From IMG/VR virus record IMGVR_UViG_3300033513_000007, positions 1-56,193 of that record: DNA of 56,193 nt; one strand, written 5' to 3'. Shown here in pieces: positions 8,801-16,100 of this stretch; position 1 is the stretch's first letter; each line of letters begins with the position of its first letter. The DNA comes from a virus (lineage: Duplodnaviria > Caudoviricetes). The notes beneath the pieces are model-generated. The model worked only from the letters and a program-made list of their open reading frames with translations, searched no databases and had not been told where the DNA came from. The translations under genes and the position numbers were made by a program.

Positions 8801-9520
8801 ATGACAATTGCTTACAAACTGCTGACGCAGGAAATGACTTCACACGGCGGGACGAAATGGGAAATTGGCGTTCCTGTTAGTGCCAAGGAAGAGGGCACCA
8901 AACTCTGTTCGGGGCAGGTGTTGCACCAATATGCCTCGCCCGAACAAGCGGTGCTATTCAACCCCATCCATGCCAGCTATGAGAATCCGCGGCTGTTTAA
9001 GATTCAATGTTCCGGCGTTGCCGCGGACGACGGCCTGAAACAAGGCGCGAAGGTACAAACGTTGCTGGAAGAATTACCCCTGCCTGAAATCACGACAACG
9101 CAACGGGTTGCCTTCGGCATTCTCTGCGCACTTGAAGTGTATGAAGCGCCGGCCTTCATTAGCTGGGCCGAAAAGTGGTTGAGTGGGGAAGATCGTAGCC
9201 GTTCTTCCGCCAACGCCGCCAACGCCGCCGCCTACGCCGCCTACGCCGACGCCAACGCCGCCTACGCCGCCGCCTACGCCGCCGCCGCCAACGCCGCCTA
9301 CGCCGCCGCCAACGCCGCCGCCTACGCCGCCAACGCCGCCTACGCCGCCGACGCCAACGCCGCCTACGCCGCCAACGCCGCCTACGCCGCCGACGCCAAC
9401 GCCGCCTACGCCGCCGCCTACGCCGCCGCCTACGCCGCCGCCAACGCCGACGCCAACGCCGCCGCCGGCAAGAAAATCGATTTTCAAGCGATCTGGAACA
9501 AGGCGAAGGAAATATCATGA
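8801..9520 (+). CDS. Early protein with an Ala/Tyr/Asn/Asp low-complexity tract
   Basis: AGGAG RBS; globular N-terminus followed by (AAY/AAN/AD)n. Confidence 0.8.
   Translation: MTIAYKLLTQEMTSHGGTKWEIGVPVSAKEEGTKLCSGQVLHQYASPEQAVLFNPIHASYENPRLFKIQCSGVAADDGLKQGAKVQTLLEELPLPEITTTQRVAFGILCALEVYEAPAFISWAEKWLSGEDRSRSSANAANAAAYAAYADANAAYAAAYAAAANAAYAAANAAAYAANAAYAADANAAYAANAAYAADANAAYAAAYAAAYAAANADANAAAGKKIDFQAIWNKAKEIS
9208..9466 (+). repeat. Degenerate GCC/NAC trinucleotide microsatellite within a CDS
   Basis: Built only of codons GCC, AAC, TAC and GAC. Confidence 0.9.
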
Positions 9521-9960
9521 GACACATTCGACAAGAGTATAACCAATGCTCACTGGCCGCACTGTGCCAGATCGACCCATCGCTGAACTATGCCGCCTTG
9601 GCGAGAGAGTTTGCGCAGAGCGTCGATACGGCCCCGATGGGCGGGCGGAGGATGGCGCAGGTTTATTTCTTCGAGCGAATCGCCCCCGGCTATGCAAAGG
9701 CCATGAAGCGGTACTACGACGCGAGCGCCGGCAAAGGATTGCAGGAACTTCAAGGCCGGGACGACGAGCCTGATCTGCGCGGCAAGGGCCTTCTGTTCGT
9801 CAAGTTCGACAAGGGATGCCACGTGCTCAGCTATGAAGATGGACTGGTGCTGGACTCCGCGATAGACGGGCATGAGCCGATAGACTGGCGGGACTACCGG
9901 GTTATCCACGGGGCGACGTTGCTGGAAGTCGTACCCGCCGAAACAATCAAAGGAGAATGA
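9517..9960 (+). CDS. Putative papain-fold (C39-like) cysteine peptidase
   Basis: Q-x4-C (RQEYNQCSLAAL), H in GCHVLSY and D in VLDS, in C39-like order. Confidence 0.5.
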   Translation: MRHIRQEYNQCSLAALCQIDPSLNYAALAREFAQSVDTAPMGGRRMAQVYFFERIAPGYAKAMKRYYDASAGKGLQELQGRDDEPDLRGKGLLFVKFDKGCHVLSYEDGLVLDSAIDGHEPIDWRDYRVIHGATLLEVVPAETIKGE

Positions 9961-9961
9961 C

Positions 9962-10168
9962 ATGCTGAAGATACAAACATCATTTGACGCATGTGCGTGC
10001 ATCGAAGGTTTCGACGGTCAAGAGCATGACGACAAAGACATGATCGCCGCCTTTCAATTCCTGATCGACAACGGCGATGCGTGGAGGCTGCAAGGCTTCT
10101 ACGGACGCGCAGCGCGCGACCTGATCGAGCAGGGCTACTGCCACGCGGCGGGACATTCGGAGCGCTAG
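9962..10168 (+). CDS. Conserved small phage protein
   Basis: LIDNG.AW.LQG.YGR.A..LIE.G motif common in phage early regions. Confidence 0.7.
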   Translation: MLKIQTSFDACACIEGFDGQEHDDKDMIAAFQFLIDNGDAWRLQGFYGRAARDLIEQGYCHAAGHSER

Positions 10169-10177
10169 GAGGGTATC

Positions 10178-10669
10178 ATGGCCGCTTACGCTTACCCTTC
10201 CGGGTACAACATGGTGCTGTACCGGCCGAAGGAATTCCGCAAGCTCGCGCAAAAAACGGCGAGGCTTCTGGTGCGCTTGATGGCGCACACAGGCGCGACC
10301 GCCATAGCCGTGCGCGGTAAGAGCGGCGTTGCGATGGGATTCGCGGCATCCATGTTCGCGGGCCTTCCAATAGTGACGGTGCGCAAGCCCGGAGAGTCCT
10401 CACACGGAGAGACAATCGAAGGTCCGAGGATTGACCTTGTGCGGTATCTTATCCTCGACGACTTCGTGAGCAGCGGGCACACTATCAGGAGGATAGAATC
10501 CGAGTTAAACGAGCACGCCGACAACCTAGACGAGGATCGCCCGGTATGCGTCGGCGTGGTAGAGTACCATGCGGACTCCGAAAACCGGACATGGACTCTA
10601 CCAAGCAGCGGCATGGTTCGTGTTTTCAACATCAACCGCCCGTCCGACTGGAAGGGCATTAAGAGGTAA
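10178..10669 (+). CDS. Type I phosphoribosyltransferase-domain protein
   Basis: PRPP-binding loop YLILDDFVSSGHTI; VRK loop; RGKSG. Confidence 0.8.
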   Translation: MAAYAYPSGYNMVLYRPKEFRKLAQKTARLLVRLMAHTGATAIAVRGKSGVAMGFAASMFAGLPIVTVRKPGESSHGETIEGPRIDLVRYLILDDFVSSGHTIRRIESELNEHADNLDEDRPVCVGVVEYHADSENRTWTLPSSGMVRVFNINRPSDWKGIKR

Positions 10670-10674
10670 TCATC

Positions 10675-11076
10675 ATGCGACTCACAATGAATATTCCGGA
10701 TCGCTGGGCCATCATTAGCGCCGAACTGGCGACGGCGGACAGCTATGAGAATCAGAAGCGCACGGAGTATCTGCGCGCGGCACTCGAACAGGATGGCCAT
10801 CACGCAATGCCGGTGCTGGGCTGCTACGAGGGGGTGAAGGAACATTCTTTCTTCGTGCCCGACATCTATGCATGGAAGGCTGAAGGGTACGGCGCACGCT
10901 TCGAGCAAAAGGCCGTACTCACGCATCAAGGCTTGACGATCTTGGGGTCTAACAGGCATCCCCCGCTGCCCATCGAAAAGGTTATCCTGTCGCCGTTCCG
11001 GCCTAAAGGCGACTGGACCCTGCTGCAAAGCTGCGGCCTGTATCTCAAAGTCATCTTCGAGGGAGAGGCACCATGA
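10675..11076 (+). CDS. S-adenosylmethionine lyase-like protein (T3 SAMase family)
   Basis: IISA...EN.KR...L...GCY.G..E.SF...FEQ.AVL follows the T3 SAMase motif order; early-region position. Confidence 0.7.
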   Translation: MRLTMNIPDRWAIISAELATADSYENQKRTEYLRAALEQDGHHAMPVLGCYEGVKEHSFFVPDIYAWKAEGYGARFEQKAVLTHQGLTILGSNRHPPLPIEKVILSPFRPKGDWTLLQSCGLYLKVIFEGEAP

Positions 11077-11396
11077 CATTCAAATTTCAACTCGGGCAGC
11101 GCGTTACCGTGGTCGGCGGCGAACGGTCGCCCTACGTGGAAATGGTGCTGAACAAGTTTGGCAACCCGATAGGCAAGACTGGCTTCGTCATGCAGCGCCG
11201 CTCATCGGCGCATGGCGTAACGGCCAACTGGTACCATCTCGACTGTTTCGACGCATGGCTGCACGAGCGCGTGCTGACGGTTGCGCAGCTGGTGCCGGTG
11301 GGACTCAGCACATGGGGCGACTTCCGCCAAGTCATGCACGAAGCCGGCGAGGAGTTGGACCCCAGCAAGAAACCCATTTACATGGAAGGGAAGTAA
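11073..11396 (+). CDS. Hypothetical protein (SH3-like)
   Basis: FKFQLGQRV start; coupled to the previous gene. Confidence 0.65.
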   Translation: MTFKFQLGQRVTVVGGERSPYVEMVLNKFGNPIGKTGFVMQRRSSAHGVTANWYHLDCFDAWLHERVLTVAQLVPVGLSTWGDFRQVMHEAGEELDPSKKPIYMEGK

Positions 11397-11398
11397 CC

Positions 11399-11566
11399 AT
11401 GACCCGCACATATACGGCTTGCCGGCACGCGATCTGCCGCTTCTGCCTGTTGGATATTGAGGGCTTCGCCCCGTATCGCAAAGGCGAATGGATGGACAGG
11501 GGGCGCTGCTATAGCTGCCCCGATGGGAAGCGCAAGCATGCCCCTGTTCTTTCTTACCGGAGCTAA
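11399..11566 (+). CDS. Small Cys/His-rich protein
   Basis: CRFC...C..C...H; GGGAAG RBS. Confidence 0.55.
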   Translation: MTRTYTACRHAICRFCLLDIEGFAPYRKGEWMDRGRCYSCPDGKRKHAPVLSYRS

Positions 11567-11568
11567 TC

Positions 11569-11721
11569 ATGCGCTACATCAAAGTCACATTCTCCGATGG
11601 CAACTATCTACATACCGGCATCAACGGCACCGACGAGGAAATCAAGCGGTACTACATCGGCAATCTTTTCACGGTATCCGGCAAACGAGTCAAGGCCGTC
11701 GCCGTGGAGTTTCAGGAATAG
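11569..11721 (+). CDS. Small hypothetical protein (MRYIKVTFSDG...)
   Basis: GGAG RBS; 50 aa; below the ORF-track cutoff. Confidence 0.65.
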   Translation: MRYIKVTFSDGNYLHTGINGTDEEIKRYYIGNLFTVSGKRVKAVAVEFQE

Positions 11722-11730
11722 GGCACCATC

Positions 11731-11958
11731 ATGGCAAAAGTATATCTGCGGCTAGGTGACGACGATCTTGACTTCGCCCAGCAATACCCCAGCGTCAAGC
11801 AAGCAACGACGGCATATCAGCGTATGGCCGTCGATTACCTGCCATTCAAGATCAAGGGGGAGTTGTACTTCCCCGCACCCGGCGACGTGCTGAACGAGCA
11901 ACCCGACATCGTGCTGTCACTCGACGATGATTACAACGTAATATCGAAGGGAGCATGA
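11731..11958 (+). CDS. Hypothetical protein
   Basis: Tandem packing. Confidence 0.65.
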   Translation: MAKVYLRLGDDDLDFAQQYPSVKQATTAYQRMAVDYLPFKIKGELYFPAPGDVLNEQPDIVLSLDDDYNVISKGA

Positions 11959-12364
11959 CAATGAAATACGACGGCATGATCGCGGTTATTCAAGCCGCGA
12001 AAGAAGGAAAGACCATTCAGGCTCGTGGGGCTTCTGGTTGTTGGATGGATACCGCCATTCCTGTTTTTGACTTCGCACGTTTTGACTACCGCGTCAAGCC
12101 CAGCGAACCGAAGGCGTACTTCCGGGCGATCTTCTCGAATCGGCGGGGGCATGGCGTGTGCATTAGCTCCATGCTGTTCAGGAACGAGGCGGAGGCCGTG
12201 CGCTGGTGCGGCGTCGTCGCCCAGTATATCAAGCTGGATATGGACAACCCCATCTATCTCACGGATGAAGAGGCCAAATGAATATGTTCGCTACAGGCAT
12301 TCAACGGAACCACATCGTGCTGACACTCGACGACAGCTACAACGTAATATCGAAAGGGGCGTGA
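11906..12364 (+). repeat. 53-bp imperfect direct repeat (11906-11958 and 12312-12364)
   Basis: ACATCGTGCTG.CACTCGACGA...TACAACGTAATATCGAA.GG.GC.TGA appears twice. Confidence 0.9.
11955..12281 (+). CDS. Hypothetical protein
   Basis: IQAAKEGKTIQ...W......FDF...YRVKP motif common in phages. Confidence 0.7.
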   Translation: MTMKYDGMIAVIQAAKEGKTIQARGASGCWMDTAIPVFDFARFDYRVKPSEPKAYFRAIFSNRRGHGVCISSMLFRNEAEAVRWCGVVAQYIKLDMDNPIYLTDEEAK

Positions 12365-12365
12365 T

Positions 12366-12539
12366 ATGCACAAAGAGTACGCAGAAAATCTGGAATTTCA
12401 GCTTGCCCAGCTTCGGAAAGAGCGGCAGACCATGCTAGACGCCCTCGAATACATAGCCACGTCGTACCCCGAGACGGGCGAGGGGGCGGTCCTGTCAGGA
12501 ATCGCCCGCGAAGCAATCAACAAGGCGGCGAACTCATGA
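12366..12539 (+). CDS. Small hypothetical protein
   Basis: 57 aa; MLDALE...AREAINKA coiled motif. Confidence 0.55.
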   Translation: MHKEYAENLEFQLAQLRKERQTMLDALEYIATSYPETGEGAVLSGIAREAINKAANS

Positions 12540-12727
12540 AACGCACGGCAGCAGATGAGGCCCGCAGGTACTACACCTACACCCGGAGCGCGGCATATCC
12601 GGGCAAGGTGCGGGACCGGGGCGGGCTTACACTGGGGCAGGCGCAGACAAGGTGCGCCGACTTCAACCACAACCGGACGGTCGCGCAATCGTTGCGCGGT
12701 ATCGTCATGGATTTTTCTCGGGAGTAG
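12536..12727 (+). CDS. Hypothetical protein
   Basis: ATGA coupling. Confidence 0.6.
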   Translation: MKRTAADEARRYYTYTRSAAYPGKVRDRGGLTLGQAQTRCADFNHNRTVAQSLRGIVMDFSRE

Positions 12728-12730
12728 ATC

Positions 12731-12973
12731 ATGGGCAAGGTCACTCTAGCCGAACAACGCGCGCATGACATCATCGACTACTTTCGGGGGTGGCCGGGGG
12801 AGAAACAAATATTGGGCGATTTCCTTATGTTGGATACCGCGTTGGCGGTAGGCGAGGGGAAACGCAAAGGGGAGATTGGCCGGCGTGCGATGTATAAGCG
12901 GTGCCATGTTCTGTTCGCTCGCAGGCCGTTAGTCTTTCGCGTTCTTGAGCTAAGAATGGAGGAAAAAACATGA
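12731..12973 (+). CDS. Hypothetical protein
   Basis: GGAG RBS. Confidence 0.6.
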   Translation: MGKVTLAEQRAHDIIDYFRGWPGEKQILGDFLMLDTALAVGEGKRKGEIGRRAMYKRCHVLFARRPLVFRVLELRMEEKT

Positions 12974-13041
12974 CCAAGAAGCTATTGAAGAAACGGCGCA
13001 AGGCATGGCGCAAGATGTGGCGCGCAATCCAGCCCAAATAG
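12970..13041 (+). CDS. 23-aa cationic peptide MTKKLLKKRRKAWRKMWRAIQPK
   Basis: GGAGG RBS and ATGA coupling; last ORF before the terminator. Confidence 0.45.
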   Translation: MTKKLLKKRRKAWRKMWRAIQPK

Positions 13042-13060
13042 GGCACGATCCTACCCAAAA

Positions 13061-13087
13061 GAGAAGCCCCCAATCTGGGGCTTTCTC
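13061..13087. terminator. Rho-independent terminator between convergent units (probably bidirectional)
   Basis: AAGCCCC-CAATCT-GGGGCTT with flanking A and T tracts. Confidence 0.75.
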
Positions 13088-13118
13088 GTTATGACGTTAC
13101 CCTATACTAATTTCAGGG

Positions 13119-16100
13119 CTAGGGCTGCGTGATCCTGATCTGATTCACGTTGAAGGATGTGCCAGTTGAGTAGAGCGTCAGGGTGTGGGGACCGGGGGTA
13201 AGTGTGATGCCATGCACCCCCGTCCATGAGAAACGGCACCAATTGCCTGTGTTGGGTGCCGACAGCGTGCCCGTGACGTTGGTGCTATCCACGTTGATGT
13301 GGTACGCCCCGCTGGCCCCCTTGCTCGCCACCCGAAGCTCTAGGCTGTAGTCCGCCTGCGTCGGCACCATGATGTCGTACTTGAGCCACTCCCCGTTGCG
13401 GAAGTCATTGACGACATATCTGCCGCCAAGAGGATCGCAGGACTTGATGGTATCCACGCCTTCAACGGTGCGGTACGCGGCCCCGGAGTTGGCCGTCGTC
13501 AGATCATGGTACCCGATACCTTCGCCGCCGTTGTTGTAGCTCTCGGCTTCGATGACAGCGGGCACCGTGACCCCGAACCCGGTGAAGACGGCAGAGACGA
13601 CAGGCTTGCGCGGCAAGGGCACCGTATTGACGGAGGGTGGCGGGGGCGTGAGCGGGTCCGTGGTCGTGCTCCAAGTCGAGCCGGTCCAGAGTTGGTACGC
13701 CCCCAAGATGTCCTTCACGTAGATCGTAGCGGAGTGGTACAACACATAGACGATATCCTGCGTGTAGCCGGCCGGCACCCCGTTCTTGTAGGCGGAGCCT
13801 GACACGAGCGTCCAGATGTTGAGGGCACTATCGACAAGCTGCGACTCTGCGGGGATCGTGGCATTGTTGGCCGACTCTGTGGGGGGTACCGGGATCGGGT
13901 TGGTCGTGCTGGTCCATGCCGTGCCTGTCCAGTAGAACCAAGCATTCGACGTGTTCTCGTAATAGACCGTCGAGTTGTGGTAGTAGAGTTGCGACAGGCT
14001 GGTCGTGCTGGTCGTGACGCCATTGCGATAGCCGACACCCCCGACTACCATCCAGATATTTCCCTGCGAGTCGTTGATCTGCGACTCGGATGGGATGCTC
14101 GCGCCTTCCGCAGAGGTTGCCAGCGGGATCGGGCTGGTCGTGTTCGTCCAGCCGGTACCGTTCCACTTGAACCAACCGCCGATGTTGTTTGCATAGAAGA
14201 TATCGGTGGCGTCCCAATAGACGACGGTGACATTGGCTGTGTAGTTTGCGGCGATGCCGTTCTTATAGACCGCACTAGCCGAAACCGTCCAGACATTCGC
14301 AGCGTTGTCGGTGATCGACGCAGCGGGCGGAATCGACGTGCCCGCAGAGGAGGGGGGCGGCGGGGGTGGCGGGGGTGGGGGAGGGGGCGGCGCAGGATCG
14401 GAAGCGGCTATCCAGTCCGTGCCGTTCCACGACCACCAATAAAGCGCGCTGTTCTGTTGATATATGGTATTTCCGTACCAGCCCAGCAAGATGACGTTCG
14501 CGCTGTACCCTGCGGCAACAGCGTTCTTATAGACCACGCCGGCCACCACGGTCCAGATGTCGCCATTATTATCCACGATCTGCGAGGCGTCCGGTATCGT
14601 CGTGCCATCGGCGGAAGTGGCGGGCGGTGGGGTAACGGGGCGGGGATCGGCTGACGCATCCCATACGGAAGTCGTCGTGTTCCACACCTTCCACGTACCG
14701 ACGTTGTTCTCTTGGTAGAGGGCGGCGCTGTACCACAGTAGCAGGACGACGTTGGATGTGCTGGTATCGGGCGTGCCGTTCTTGGCGATGACCCCGCCGC
14801 TCACCGTCCATACGTCATGGCTCGCATCGACCAACTGCGTTTCGGATGGGATGGTGGAGTTGTCGGCCGAAGTCGGCAGCACGGTGATCGGGTCTGCGGC
14901 TGTTACCCAAGCCGAACCGTTCCACGAGTGCCATGCGTCCGTGTTGTCTTTGTAATAGACCGTGCTGGCGCTGTAGTAGATCAGCGCGACGGTAGTGGAG
15001 GAATCGGCAGAGACGCTTGCCTGCGTCGGACCACGTATGGTGCGGTCATAATAGATGACGCTCGAAGTCCCGTAGGCACCATGGTAGTTCGGCAGTTTGA
15101 GATAGGCGCCATAGTTCTGGTACAGGTTTGGGCCGGTACGGTTGAGAATCTGCACGCCGTTCAGCCATACCGTCGTGATCCCGGTGGCGGTGTAAGACCA
15201 TTTAGTGTGCATCACAAAGTCATACCACTTGTTCTTTGTGATGGTGGCGGAACCGTAGGGATCGCTGAGCGAGAAGTTGTATCGCCCCGGCCCGTCTGTT
15301 TGCGGGGCACCGGAACCGCCATAGACGCGGCCCATCAGCCCTTCGGAACAGACTTGGATCATGAAGTTCGGCTGGGTATCGCCCGAGTAGTTGCTGTGCC
15401 ATTCCGGGCCGACAGACTGACACGCCTGCCCCGTCGTCGGAATGTGGAAGCCGTCAGGGAAATAGACCGACGATGCCCACCACATATCCGCGCCTTCGTA
15501 ATCCACGTAGTTGAAACTCAGATCGCAGCGTTCCCATGTTCCGCTACCTGCGATGTTCGTATCGCCCGATAGCGTAGTGAGCGAAAGGGCATAACTCCCC
15601 GAGCGGGGGGTGGCGACTAGCGCGGCGCGGCTGCTGTTCTTGCATTGAAGCGTCGTGCTGGGTGGGGTAACGCTGGTGGCGCTCTCGTAGTCGCCAAACC
15701 ATGTCGCGTTGGCTGGGTTGAACGTGCTGGTCGTCGTCGCTACGTTGTCTTTGTAGATGATACCGTCCGTGCCCAGCGTCCAGACCGCTCCGTTCGTGTC
15801 GGTAATCTGCGTGGCGGGGGGTATAGCCGTACCGTTCGGGGATTCGCTCAGCGGGGGCGGCGGGGGCGGGGGCGGGGGTGTGGTGAGGTAGGCATTGACA
15901 CCGAATTGCATCGGGTCCGCGCCAGTTTCAGCGGCGCCAATGTCCGGGGCGGTCCCGAGGTAGCCGTCGTTGAAGTTTGCTATCACAACGCCGGCATTGT
16001 ATCCGGGGCTGTTGGTGGCTTGCTGATACAGCCCACCACTCTCGCTCGCCCATCCGTTGTTTGTGGCATAGACCGGTGCCGAGCTTGTCTTGCCGTGCGT

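Noticed and set aside
9208-9466. Diversity-generating retroelement TR/VR (AAC to TAC/GAC pattern in a BPP-1-like phage)
   Set aside because: No reverse transcriptase or Avd gene and no separate TR/VR pair with adenine-only mismatches; simple microsatellite
9074-9542. Poly-Arg/Trp, poly-Gly/Val and poly-Pro/Thr ORFs
   Set aside because: Alternative frames of the microsatellite
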